Numbered from the stretch's first letter, positions 15,472-28,805 are shown. The stretch is DNA of 64,000 nt from Parasitella parasitica NRRL 2501 (GCA_025201805.1 MU619384.1:1-64000); one strand, 5' to 3'. Notes: generated by a model from the letters alone, not told the origin. Program-made: numbers and translations.

Positions 15472-18400
15472 TTACAACGCACTGTTGTACAAATCTTTCA
15501 AAATTTCATTCTTCTTCAATATAACGCTAGTAGGCAGAAACGATTTAGGAGATTTTGTGTCTCTGGGTTGAGCTGCTGAGGGTATTGTGTTTTCGTTTTG
15601 CTGTAGTTGGTTGTGCAGCAAATCAGCATTCGCTGGTAGTTTACACACCTATACGATCATGTCAGTATACTGCATACATAGTCTCAGGACACATGCCGGA
15701 TACTTTACCCATCCTTTCTTTTCGAATGATTCAATCAATCGACCATAGAGCGCAGATGCCTTCAAGGTGGATGCAGATCCAAAAAGCATCAGCTTGCTTT
15801 TTGCACGAGTTACAGCAACGTTTAATCGGCGCCAATCTCTCAACAGATCACCTGCATTGCCTTGATTGTTGCTGCGAACCAGCGATATCAGAATGCAGTC
15901 TTTGTCTCTGCCTTGGTACTTGTCAATGGTGGCAATCTCAATGTTTTGTCTCGACTTCAGCAGCTGTGAGATGATCCGGAGCTGCGATCTGTACACAGAA
16001 ACCACTGCCAAGTCTTCTTCAGCTATGCCGCTTTGTACCAGCGTTTCAGTCACTTGAAATACTAGCTGTGCCTCTCCTTCATTCTGCAAAAAACTGCCGA
16101 GCGGTCGACTTTCTTTGCAGGTTAATTCGTCAGTGTTAACAAATACAACGCTCCGAGCTGGATCCAGCACTGATTTCAGCCAGCAATGGCTGTCTTCTGC
16201 GAAGCTGCATTTGCTGAATGCATGCATTGACCTCAGTCCAACATCCAACTGGGGTATATTCAGACATCTTGATGCTACCTGATGGTTGCCGCACTTTAGT
16301 TTGCCGTCATAGATCAGCGAGTTGGATACCTGCATGATTTCTCTGTTCATGCGGTATTGGTGCTCCAGGTAGCTGATGGATTCAGGCCTTGCTTTCGCCA
16401 AGATTGCAAATAGGGATTTATCCAATCCTCCTTCAGTTGCCTCTTTGTTACGAACAATGGGTGGCAACTGATACACATCTCCTACGAGGACAAATTTTTT
16501 GGCATATCGAAGGGGTCCAATGCATGTCGGCAGTGTGATCTGTGATGCTTCATCTATTATGCAATAATCAAACTCTCGTTTTTGTAACAAGACGCTAGAA
16601 AGAAGATACAACGTGTGTTTAATACAGAGCTCTTTTCTTCTTCTTTTTTTTTTTTCAAGCAATCGGTGCAACTTACTGTCCTATGCCGAGGCAAGTAACA
16701 CCCACCACCTTTTTAGAATCATAAAATTTCTTCATTTCATCCACTGTCGCAATTGTTCTGTTATTGGATGGCACACAGTCCTGCATGGCCGGCATCACTT
16801 TGTCAAGGTTGCCCAGCCTCAGGACATCAACGCCATGTTCCCGCACCTTGATCAGCACATTGTCCAGAGCAGTGTGTGTGTAAGCAGCCACCAGCACAGT
16901 CTTGTTCTGTCCCACCAAATAATGAATGATCTCTGCTGTGGTGGTTGTCTTGCCAGTGCCCGGCATACCCAAAATCAGACTATAATCCTCTGCCTGTATC
17001 ACTCGCTTCAGCGCCTTTCGCTGGTCTGGGTTCATGTTGGGTGTAGGCGGTATATGAGGCACTGCTGTCTGATAATCTGGCTTCTTTAAATCAATAATAA
17101 GCTCGCGTAACCTTGCTGTCCTGGAGCCAGCCGACTTTGCTGTCAACATGACAAGGTTATTACGCAGCATGCCCATGCCAGTCGACATTTCATCCTTGTC
17201 GATACGGTATTGCATGTCCAGGAGCGAGTAGTAGCCTTTGGCGTCATTTTTGAGATGAATAAACGAGTTGAATGTCTGGTTGTTGAGAGGATCAAAGGTC
17301 GCATCTGCAGGCTGTGGTGGATTCCGCAGCGGTTCATTGAGGCTGAGCACGATCTCGGTTGACGATAGGAGGCTAACAAACCCCATAGCCAAATTAATAT
17401 GGCCTTGCATGCTAGATACAACAATAGGATCACCTACCGACATGTTGCAGAGCAAAGGGCGGCTAATTTGGTTTTCAGCGCGCACAAAGCAGTATTTCCA
17501 CAGTGAACTTTCAGGGTCAACGTTGCTATCAGATATATTCAGCTTCATGTTGGCGAGACATCTACCCGACATTTCACGGATTTCCGCAGGTTGGCTCCAG
17601 ATATCCTTGCGGATATAGTCAATGTCAGTTTCCTCTTGATCCAACAGTTCCCACCAATGCTTGAAAAAGCTGCTGGTAGACTCTGTCAAATGGTCGGTCT
17701 TGTCATCAAACAGCTTATAGAGCCCACTTGTTGCTCCATTTCCGCTTTCCACAGCTTTATGATATATCGTACAAGCATCATTTATGTAGCAATACTGGCA
17801 ACTGTGGCTGTTCTTGATCATCGGAGGCAAGTTGGTGCTATTGCAAGCAATCGCCAAGTAGTTTCGTGCCATGATTAAAGTGCGCAAGTCGTTTCTAGAC
17901 GATGGAACGAGATATAAACTGTTGACCTTGGAATAGTACAGAATACCCGCGCCAATGTCAACATCTATAGCCATGTTTTATGTATATGTATGTATATATA
18001 TATATAAGTATTTCGTGCTGCAGCGAATAGCCATCACATCTTACCATATCGATCACTCATCAGAAGAGTGTATAGTAGTGTCTGTGCTCGATTTGTGATG
18101 AATTTAGACGCTTTACCAGTCTTTAGTTCAAAAGGTACAGTCAGCACTCTGTTGGTTGGGCTTAATTTTAGCTGGACAGAAGCATCTACCATGCCCTTTA
18201 GGCCAAAAGTTGGGCTCCACAAATGCTCCTCAATATCCAGTACTTTGCAGATAGACACAGATGTACACCCCATTTCAGTTTCTGGATTTGCGCCCATGTT
18301 TTTGCTGACTCGCGCTTCTGGCCGTGGATATTCATTCACAAACTTGGTGCCAAATTCATGAATATGGCCTACGTATTCCATCAATATGTTTATGGCTGTC

Positions 18401-19445
18401 TCCTCATCCTGATCCATGGCATACAGCTCTTCTAGCGAATTCGTCACAACATGGTTTATCTGTTTCTTGATGTTCTTGAATGAAAAATCATTCGTTTGTA
18501 GCGTGTTCTGTAGCACTGTGTGGATAATATTCCCGTGTACCAGTGCCTCTGTGTATTCACTGACGCCTCGAACTTTTAGCTGTAAAAACGACTTGCGGAG
18601 GCACGAATAACTATCGGCCACAGCAGTGCAAGAAATTAGTCGATCTGGGTGAACCACAATAAAATTCTTCTGGTTATCAATGATAATTTCTTTGACGCTT
18701 GTTGTATAGGGTATATGTACTACATCGCCAACTACAACTCTAGTCTGCTCCCATTCTTGTCGTAATCTGGCGGTAATGGCTTGATTTTCGTCCTCTTGGA
18801 TTAACACCAGGACCTTTTTTCTGAATGTTGGTATATGTATATTTTTTTTTACTAGCTCATTGTGTATTTCCTGGTGAAAAATCATACCTTCTCATTGAAT
18901 TTATCGTCGTTCATTGTGTAAGTCTGTTTCGTCATGCTAGCCACAAGATATCGAATGAATTTTCGCCGCTTTTCCTGTGTGTGTGTGTGTGTGTGTGTGT
19001 TAAGGTTTGATTACATTTCCATTTACAAACAGGATATTATTTTCTTACCCTTGGAGGGACAGAACAAACAGACTCAATTGTTAGTTGCGAAGGACATGCC
19101 TCTTCTGCTTTGATCAAATCATTCAGTTCATCCATGTCCAAATCATCAAACATATCGCTATTCATTGTCGTTTCTGCTTTTTTGTTTGCCATGACAATGG
19201 CAGATAGGTCTAATTCATCCAAGGCAATGTCATCTCCAAACATATCATCGTCATCGTCATCGCTATCGTTACTTTGTTTGCTAACTGAAACTAGAGTTGA
19301 TCCAGGCATATGATCTAATAACCAATTGCTTCTTGTTAATATGCTATCGAAGGCTCCAAAGTTTTTCTCTACCAATTTTCTGCCGTTTCTGCACACTAAC
19401 CGAGAGTACACTACTGTTTGGTGTTATTAACTTGGATTTGTTCAT
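15472..19445 (-). CDS. DNA2: DNA replication ATP-dependent helicase/nuclease Dna2 (multi-exon)
   Basis: Nuclease region SYSCLRK, HGNIIH, DIEEHLWSPTFGLKGMVDAS, ELKTGK and Fe-S cysteines CQYC..DAC. SF1 helicase motifs GMPGTGKT, DEASQ, GDVYQLPP, QYRMN, TIDKYQGRD, RRLNVAVTRAK. Start MNKSKL at 19445 splices in frame to DHMPG; the last exon ends LYNSAL* at 15472. Confidence 0.96.
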
Positions 19446-19513
19446 TTTATGATTAGCGTGCAATGAAAAAGAAGCTGTATTATCTGTTTCCCTGGAAAGA
19501 ATTTTGTAAACAT

Positions 19514-19540
19514 CCGCGCGCATACTTTTTGTTACGCGAA
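19514..19540. promoter_or_regulatory. CGCG-core elements (MCB/SCB/E2F-like) upstream of DNA2
   Basis: CCGCGCGC (19514-19521) and ACGCGAA (19534-19540) lie 70-95 bp upstream of the DNA2 ATG, in AT-rich DNA. Confidence 0.45.
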
Positions 19541-19663
19541 TAGCGTGCTTCAATTTTTCAAGTCTCATCATTATAACTGGAATTAGCTTTTAAAGGTATT
19601 CATATTTTATTTACATAAACATCGACTAGTTTTTATAATACTGAGATAGTCTCTTTTTCCTAT

Positions 19664-20239
19664 TTAAACAAATCTACAAATACCAGTTAATTGATTCAAT
19701 AGATACCCAATTTCACAAAATCTTTACCTAAAGTTATCACTCTGAACATAATAATTGCCAGCTTGTTTTTCATCCGGCATCAATATAAATGTTTGTGAAA
19801 ATGTACGTTTGGATGGATTATCACCGTATTTGACTGTACCGGTAGTATTGATGAGAATACCGCAGGACCCTTGAGCATTGACGGTTGCTGGAAGTGGGTG
19901 ACAATCATAAACATCAATTTCATGATGAGACATGGGCAGTCTTCCCAAAAATTCAGAATACTGTTGTGCTCCAGAAAAGGCGTTACCTAGCAACAACAAC
20001 AACCATATTAATACTTCATTGCTATATCCCTATAGTAACCAGTCAACCGACTTACCGTTCCATAAGATAGCTGAATTATCACGGTATAAAGATCCAAGAT
20101 TCTAAAGACATTTAAATATTTGTTTTGTTAGATTTTTTGTTGTCGAAAGCCTTACTTGTCGTTGTGTATCGTAATTAGGATAGAAAAATTGAATGAATTG
20201 TTCGGTGCTCTTTTCTGCAACTCCAACTATTACATCCAT
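19664..20239 (-). CDS. NXT1: NTF2-related export protein (NXT1/p15-like, multi-exon)
   Basis: Spliced MDVIVGVAEKSTEQFIQFFYPNYD..., GNAFSG, SHHEIDVYDCHP and FSQTFIL...VQSDNFR|FV*, matching the NTF2-fold pattern. Confidence 0.85.
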
Positions 20240-21263
20240 ATTGATTGTGTTGATTGAGGTGAATGAAAAGAAGAAAAAAAAAAGTGTTTTGTTACAAACG
20301 AAAATGGAAAAGCCACCTTTTTATCTGGAGGAGGTTCTTGATATAGCTGCGCTACTAAAAATCATGCAGCACTGTCAATTAGCGTACATATCATCACTCC
20401 AGTTCCTGTGGTATCTTCTTTCGTCATGTTACATTCCTGCAATCGAGTAAATCAAACTTGATTCGAATGGATTATGTTCCTTCTTTACTGAAATTCACAA
20501 TTGTGTACCAGTGGCATAGTGGCCATCATGCTAATGAAGCAAAGGTTCATCGATTAGAAGATTATTATCACTATACAAGGTGTAAACAAACAGCAACTAT
20601 GCCTATGTCTTGTCAGCGCAAAGCCCTGATAGTATGAGCTTGTTGTTTTAAATTTGGTATTTTCTCCTCATAAAGGCTGGATAAAATAATATATTCCGAG
20701 TGATTTAATTACATAATTTCATCTTTTGGCCGATTCAAAGTGGTCAGATCCACACCAAATGGTTTCCCAGAGGTCGTACCTAATACTATTCACTTCCAAT
20801 GTAACTTTTTTTTTCAGCTAAATATAACAAAAAGACATTGTCTTTAATTTCTTGGCTGACCATACACCATATACATTTCATACATCATTGGTAAACGTCT
20901 TTGTCTACCACAAAGTGTATAAGCTTCAAAAATAGAATTACGCCAACATGTGGAATCACTTGAATATTTATGGTTACACATGTATTTTGCACTTGAAGAC
21001 AACAATAATTTACTTTTTTTATTGTAAACTTGCAGGAATTCGAGTGATTTATCATTGTAATTTGCTATAATTGTCTGTAAATATCGAGAATATTCAAAAA
21101 TGGACAAGGATGCCGATTGATTTGCTTTGTTTCATGAGGTTTCGAACGATGGATTGCAATGATTTAAACAGTCCAGGAAAAAAAGGCAGCAGTATCTCAA
21201 GTTTGAAACTCCAAGAGCACAAGGTTCATCCATCTCGTTTATTTTTTTTTGTTTTTTCGTTAT

Positions 21264-21330
<67 letters not shown>

Positions 21331-21349
21331 CTAAAATTATTACGCGAAA

Positions 21350-23431
21350 ATGGTTCTTACAAGTGAAGAAATAAACATTATTGTTTATAAATATCTGCAA
21401 GAGTCTGGTAAAATTTAATTTTAAAATTGCCATTTTTATTATATTATCAACATTTAACACACATGTTACTTTAGGTTTTCGGCACACCTCGTTTGCTTTT
21501 CAATATGAAAGTCAAGTGGAAAAGTCCACTTATCGTGACGCCCAAATACAGCCAGGTGCACTGATAAACATCATTCACAAGGGCCTTCAGTTTATGGAGA
21601 TAGAAGCTCATATGAATGAGGTTCGTCCACAGTCAGACATCGGGAGAGTGTTGTATTTACAGCCTTTGAAAATAGGAAGGTGAATTGGTTGAATGTAATG
21701 TCCCGTTTTCCCTTTTAGAGCCTCATACATGCCACATCAGTTCAGACCATGTTGAAAACGAATCTTTATTATCGTCATCTAGTAAATCACAATCAGCGGC
21801 AACAGCAGTGAGTGCTGCGTTATCGTCGTCAACTGCATCAACCGTTACGTCAGGAAAAAGAAAGAGTAAAGAAGAAAAGAGGCAGCAAAAAGATAGGGAA
21901 AAGAGAGCAAAAAAAGAAATAATCATGGAAGACGAAGAGATGCCAGCAAACAATCGCGTTAAAGAGGAATCGAAGATTGATAATTCACTAGTTGAGAAAA
22001 AGAGCAACGGCACCTCCTCGACATCTTTAGCAGCAGCATCTGTAGCAGTATCGAGAGACATGGACGAGGAAATGAGCGAAACACAACCTAGCAGCACAGA
22101 GATAAGACCTGAAGACGTTGTCATTCTTCAAGGTCATCAAAGCGAAGTCTTTTCTTGCGCTTGGAATCCTGTCATTTCTTCGCTCCTCGCATCAGGGTAA
22201 AATTTAGTTCTAATTGACGGTATTGTGTGGTTTTTCTTTTGTGCATATACTAATAAGTCAATGACTAGTTCTGGAGATGCTACAGCCAGATTATGGGAAG
22301 TTCCAGAAGGAAAAGATAGAACAGCCGAACCTATCGTATTGAATCATCTACCCAACATGAACGACAACAAAGATGTTACAACACTAGATTGGAATGTGAG
22401 TTTTTTCTTACGTGATATCTGCCATTTCATCCGGTAAACTAATGCGTCTGTGTGAATAGCCTTCGGGAAGTTTATTAGTAACGGGCTCATACGATGGTCA
22501 AGCACGTATTTGGACACAAAAAGGTCAATTGCGCTTCGTAATGGCACACCATAGAGGACCTATTTTCTCGTTGAAATGGAACATGAAAGGAGATCTCATT
22601 TTAAGTGGCAGTGCAGATACAACAACTATTATTTGGGATCCTGAAACTGGCGAGATGAAGCAACAATTCGAACTTCACAGTTGTAAGGCAGAGAATGCGT
22701 CGTATATTTTTTTTTTCTTTTTGTTTTAATCACTTGTTTTTTTTTTCCTTTCGTAGTGGCAATCCTTGACGTTGATTGGATGGACAATACAACATTTGCA
22801 TCTTGTTCTTCAGATAAGACTATATACGTTTGTCGAGTTGGATCAGCAAAACCTCTAAAAAAGTGGGTTGGTCATGAAGATGAAGTCAACGCAGTTCGTT
22901 GGGACCCTACAGGGCAATATCTCGCCTCGTGTTCTGACGATATGACTACCAAAATTTGGAGTATGGCATCAGACGAACCCATTCAAGTGATTAGAGGGCA
23001 TAGTCTTCAAATTTATACACTGCAATGGGCACCATATACACAGAAAGACATATCGAGTAGTTCACCGAGGATATTAGCGACCGCTAGTTTCGATGCTACA
23101 GTTCGCATCTGGGATGCACTTAACGGAACTTGTTTACATGTACTCAAAAACCACAACGAGGCAGTCTATTCCATCTCATTTAGCCCTGATGCTCGTCTGT
23201 TGGCGTCTGGTAGTTTCGATGAGGTTTTAAATGTGTGGGATGCCAAGGTAATAGGGCTTCTGTGGTAAGCTTTTATGATTGACTAATTTATATCTATAGG
23301 ATGGAGAGCTAAAAAAGACATTTAAAGCAAATGGCGGCATATTTGAAGTGCATTTCAATAAGACTGGCGACAAGCTGGCAGCATGTACTTCAAATAAGCA
23401 AGTTGTCATACTGAGTCATATGAAAAACTAA
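21350..23431 (+). CDS. TBL1: LisH + WD40 corepressor subunit (TBL1/Ebi/Sif2 family, multi-exon)
   Basis: [19 protein letters not shown]|GFRHTSFAF LisH motif and [18 protein letters not shown], then WD repeats [64 protein letters not shown]. Confidence 0.93.
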
Positions 23432-23754
23432 CTTTTTTTTTTTTTTCCCTTATTTCTTTCTAATACACATATACTTTTTTAATGTAATTAAGCTTCAATG
23501 GTATCCTAGCAAAGCGAGTGCCAGATACCATTTTTCCTTTTTCCGTTTTATTTTTTTTCTCTCTGTAATTTTCGCAACGGCGTGCAGCAGCCTTACTGAT
23601 TTGCGCAAGATTGTCTGATCCTATGCAGTTTTTCCCAGCTAAAATCAAGTGATTTGGCTGATTGGACGATTTAAGCATTAAATAACATGTATTTTTTTAT
23701 TTTTATTTTTTTCACTCTTTGTTTTCCTTTTATCAGTACATATACGTATCCAAG

Positions 23755-24051
23755 ATGAGTTGTGGCTATTGTCATTTACCACTTCGCAAGTTCTATTGTG
23801 CTGATTGTATGCACGACAAGTAAGTTATTGAATACAGGCATCACCATCCTCATTCACACTATTTGAATAGAAAAGAAAAAAACTTACAAGAACTAGATAC
23901 AATCGTGCCTGAAAGAGATAATGCGGTAGCAGCCGCGGAAGATTATTACGAAAAGACAAGTTACATTCAGCAATTAATAGCAGAGAAGAATAAAAGAGCG
24001 AACAATGTGGAAACGCTACGCTCAAACCACACAAGCGTGTTGAACGATTGT

Positions 24052-24127
<76 letters not shown>

Positions 24128-25142
24128 GAAAAGCAACTGATCAAAGAACGGCAGAGCCAGATTAAAGAGAAGCGATCATTACTTCAAGATGCCATCAAAA
24201 GAAAATCCCAGGCACCAAAGACATTGGATAACTCGACTGTGCTAAAAAATTGGCAAAGAACGCATAAGATGACAATTGGAACTCGACGCATCTTGGTTAA
24301 AGAGGCTACTTCATTGTTTGAATTGAAGCCTGGCGTAGTAGAAGAGCCAGAGATATCAGGGCTTGCTGCTTCTAATGCAGCCTCCATTGCTGCTGTCAAT
24401 AGCTTGTTGAATCAATCAATTGAATTACCTCCATTCAGCCCGTCCACTTCAGGTTTGCCAACAGAAACCAAGGAGGATCTGTATATATGTGGTGTTACGT
24501 TACCGACAAGATTGATCGATGTATCAAGTATGCAGATCGAGGCAATATTTATTGGAAAAAGTGCAGATTAACAAACTTTTTTGTTTTGTTTTGTTTAGAG
24601 TACCCTAAAGAAGAGCTTAATGCGCCTGTTGGTTTAGTTGTTCATATGCTTGGTTTAATTGTCCGCTATTTAGGGATCAAATTACCCTTCTTGATCATGC
24701 AGAAAGGTACAAGGCCATATATTCGCACTATTAAAGGTAGCATCCAGCTATGGCATAGTGACAGGTAATGACAACCACAAAATCCCTTCCCTCCCCCCTT
24801 CCCCCTCCCACCACCACCACTACCACACACAAAAAAAAAAGCTTTATACATACATGTCCTTTCCCTTATATTCTGTTGTGAAAAGGTTGCATCTGCCAAT
24901 CAATTATAACGATATTAATGAATTTGATGTTTTCAGGAAAATGCCGCTATTTCTCGAAGATGACGATAAAAATTTCAAGAAATTCGTCAACGGTATGGCA
25001 ATGTTAAACTACAATCTTGCTTACCTATGTTATACCCAAAATGTCAAGATACCTGTTAGCCAAACAGCCAATACACTTCAAAGCTTGATGGCTTGCTGTC
25101 AAGCATCTGATCTGGGAACGTAAGCTTACAACATTTTGAGGA

Positions 25143-25226
<84 letters not shown>

Positions 25227-25567
25227 AAGACTTTTAACCCATTGGAATTGTACATTTATAGTCAATCCCACGCATTATATCACCACAACCTGCGAGATGT
25301 CAACTTTCCGATTGCGTTTCAGCATGTTTTGGAGGCAACAAAACTGAGATATCGATGCAGCAGCAACAACATTAGTACTAGTACCAACAGCAATACATAC
25401 GAGAGTCGAGTTACATCCAATAACGAATTACACGATGATTTCTTCAAGGTTCGCTCTTTCAATAGTAGTAGGAGGGATGATCGTGATCAAGATGAATATG
25501 CTGGTATTTATATTGATAGCGATGATGATGACAGTAATAGTCAACTTATATCACAACGGCAGTATTA

Positions 25568-25603
<36 letters not shown>

Positions 25604-25685
25604 ATTACAGCAAAACCAACAACAACAGCAGCAACCGTCTCAGAATGAAACTTGGAGCCTAGTAGAAGTTGCTCCATTTCTTTAG
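23755..25685 (+). CDS. Atg14/Vps38 (UVRAG-like) class III PI3K subunit (multi-exon)
   Basis: N-terminal CGYC...YCADC Cys pairs (Atg14-like), a coiled coil, LYICGVTLP, VGLVVHMLGLIVRYLGIKLPF and FVNGMAMLNYNLAYLC. The frame is interrupted by a 71-nt A run at 24055-24125. Confidence 0.8.
24055..24125 (+). repeat. 71-nt poly(A) run inside the Atg14-like coding region
   Basis: Directly visible. Similar runs of about 50-81 nt occur near 12446-12510, 21266-21325, 25144-25224 and 35293-35359. Confidence 0.95.
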
Positions 25686-26190
25686 ATTAAAATCTACTTT
25701 TACAATAGTAATTTATCAAATATTTGATTGATCAGTGTAAACGCTCATGTTAAATAAATGGAATTCCACAAGTGAGTGCAAAGCATATCACAAGTAGGTG
25801 TTTCTGATAGACTGAGGATTTACATAGTTTATCGAAATTTGCGATAATGCAAACACTTTATGTCTTGTATTTGACACTCACAAGAACAAATAAGCCCGTT
25901 TAAAGATCCATTTTAAATAAAAGTGTAAAATACAGCGATTCATGTTTAGTAGCCTTCTTCACCCAGCGCTTGGCTTACACAGAGACAAAATGACATGGCA
26001 TTCAATCGATCATGATGAAACATTTGGATGATAGTTTTAGTGAATAGTGTAGTTTACCAACAACTGCAGCAACGAATTGATGTGAAATAAGTCTGCATGT
26101 TATGATTTATGCCAACATGTAACCGAGGATGATATATGTTCTATTTTATTACAAATTGAAACAGACAAGAGGTTACCCAGGGAGTGGTGA

Positions 26191-27997
26191 TTATCTTGCT
26201 TCTCCAACCACTAAAGAGGGTATTGTCAAGCTGTTGCCGTTGTTGCTATTTGCTGATCTGGTGCCATTATCAAATGGCTGTAATGCTGTTGAAGCTAACC
26301 TCTTCTTGGCTTGCTCATTTCCTTGAGCAGCAGCCTTTTTGTACCAGTCCATTGCTTCATTCGTGTCCTTGGGTCTGCCAATACCGGTTTCTGTAAAATA
26401 CCCCAATGCAAATTCTGCTTTGGGTAACCCTTTCATTGCGGCCATTCTTGCCCAATAAAGTGCCTTTTCCTCGGAGGGTTTGATGTTGGGTTTATCTCCT
26501 GCTAAATACAAGGCAGAAAGAGCGAAACATGCTTCAGTATTCCCTTGTCGAGCAGCAATTGTGTAATAAAAAACAGAAGAAGCGTAGTCTTTGTCGCAGC
26601 CAAGATGACCGTATTCATAACATTCGCCTAATCTATAGGCTGATGGTGCATAGCCTAGCTCGGCTGCTTGTGCATATAACTTTACAGAGTAAGCGGTATC
26701 TTTGAATATGATGTTATCTAGCCCCTTTTCGTGCAATAAGCCCAGTTCATGGAGTGCGTGTGGGTATTCGGGTGTTGCTGCGTCTGCAGATCGCTTCAGC
26801 CATTTGTTGCCATCCTTTACATCGCGCTGTAGGCCTAGAGCGCCATTTATGTCTGCTAAACCCAACCGATACATGGCACCTGGATGACTTAAAGTAGCAG
26901 CAAGTCTAGTTTATCAGGATCCGTGTGAGTATGTTATGAGACGAATAATAACGAGGAGAACCTACTTGTAGTATTGCACAGCTTTTGCTCTGTTTTTAAG
27001 GCAGCCTAAACCATCTTCGTAGCACTTGGCAGCACTGTATGATGTATATAACAAGGGGAGTTACTGGTTAATGTCTCTTGGCAACTACCGCATTCTGGCA
27101 TTCAAAAACACTGACCCAGTTACGGAATGGAAAATGAGAAACTTACCGATAAGCAGCATCTGCATGTTGGTGTTTGGCAGCTTGCACAAACAAAGGAAAC
27201 GCATTTCCAAAATCAGGCTTGCCAGATTTATGCGTGGCACCAGAAGCGTATATGTTTGCAAGGTAGTACTGAGACTCGGCATGTCCGCGCAGAGAGAGCG
27301 TCTTGAGGATTTTGGTGGACTCTTGTATGTAGGCTTGTCTCTCTTTGGGGTTCTGGTTGGTTTTGGCGGATTCGTACAAGTAGATGGCCAGATCACATTG
27401 GATGGTCGGATCGTTGGTTTTTTTCGCATTCTCTCGGTACAGGTTGATTGTTTTGTCATAGGATAGCAGTTCGGCTCTGTTTCCAGGCTTCAAATGGTTG
27501 TGGTTCAGAAAGTATTCGCTGTTTAGGGAAGGTAGACTGAAGTTGGATGGATATCGGGCATGTTTTCCCATGACCAGAGGCGGCGTCGGGGGTAGAGATA
27601 GGCTGTTGGTGCTGGAGTTTGAGGTGGATGAGCCTGCAGGAGTATTATCGCTACTGGTGGCCTGATTTTCATCAATGCTCGTACATGAGCTTCTGCTGCG
27701 AGGCTTGTTCTTGCTGGACGAGAAGGATGTGGAAGATGCTGAATTTACGCTGCCAGTGCTAGCTCTGTACAAGTTGACAGGCAGCTTCTCCTTGCGGCGG
27801 GCGCTGGCAACAGTAGGAAGAGACATGTGTGCAGGTGATGGTGGAGGCGGGCTGTCTGTGCATGTAGACAACACGGGTTGAGATTGGCTATATTTGGAAA
27901 TGACGGGTGATGCAGGTGGACTATGGCTGCTGCTTGCTTTGGCCGATCGAATTGATGGCGTTGCACTCTTTAGTTTTTTCTTGAAATCTCTCAACAT
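26191..27997 (-). CDS. SEL1-repeat protein (Chs4/Skt5 chitin synthase activator-like, multi-exon)
   Basis: Ser/Pro-rich N-terminus, then LYRENAKKTNDP and SEL1 repeats (HAESQYYLA, GAMYRLG, ALHELG, YAPSAYRLGECYEYG, LPKAEFALGYFTETGIG). No C-terminal CaaX. Confidence 0.88.
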
Positions 27998-28423
27998 TTT
28001 TATCTGCAGAAGAAAAAAGAAACAAGAGAGGCTCGCTTATATAGCATCTTTTATTTATATACATGCCATTTAGGCGGTTATTCAAACGTTGTTATATAAA
28101 TAACAACATTTCGCATTTTATCCTTTTGCTTCTCTCTATGATATATATGAAGCAAAGGGAGAAACTAACTTCAAGTTTATTGCTGAATGGGTCATTATAC
28201 ATTATGGGTATTGTAATACTAATTTTTGTCGAGATAAAAGCTTTCAAAAGCCATGTCTGAGAGGCGGTTTTTCTTTTGTTGGGCTAAAACTACATGATGA
28301 CAGAATTCTGTTTAGCAATGTACTTTACTAGCGAAATTGTTTCTCATGTGTGTACATCATACCGCGCTCTGTATTAACCCCTCTTCCTCGTCTGTTTGAT
28401 TCTTCTGTGATATCCTTGCCTGG

Positions 28424-28805
28424 TTAGATGAAACCCAGTTCTGATAAATGTCTTTTTAGTTTCAAGGGATGGTGGTGGCGCATGGCTTTTGCGGTGCTTA
28501 CTTTCACAGCCGATGAATTTCGAAGGAACAGGAGACAAACAACTGACACTACCAGCAATACGGTCATGTAAGGCCTTGATTCGCAGTTGTATGATTCTGT
28601 GGATATGGTGCTGGCATCGCAAATTGTCCAACCTATTAAAGCTCGGCAAGTGGATTAGCCGCAATTTGCAATTTATCACATTTATTATATATATTCTACC
28701 CTGTGCTGTTGCGTTATGGGACGATGCTTTTAGGCGATCATCGAGTGTGGAGTAATTTGAGTGCGATGAAACAAGATTGCCATGTTCAGAAGCGTTGAAA
28801 TCCAT
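28424..28805 (-). CDS. Possible small 2-exon ORF (about 104 aa) with a hydrophobic segment, or upstream exons of the SEL1 gene
   Basis: An intron at 28699-28633 (gtagaa...gctaat...tag) joins MDFNASEH...TAQG to WTICDAS...MTVLLVVSVVCLLFLRN. No recognisable homology. Confidence 0.3.

Noticed and set aside
18960-19050. ACCTTAAC resembling a U12 branch site in a DNA2 intron
   Set aside because: The donor is GTAAGA (U2 type), not RTATCCTT.
19344-19571. 75-aa ORF suggesting an earlier DNA2 start
   Set aside because: It would leave almost no promoter behind NXT1 and covers the CGCG motifs; the ATG at 19445 splices cleanly into the DNA2 frame.
20505-20560. tRNA A-box-like TGGCATAGTGG followed by GGTTCA
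   Set aside because: No proper B box, acceptor stem or cloverleaf.
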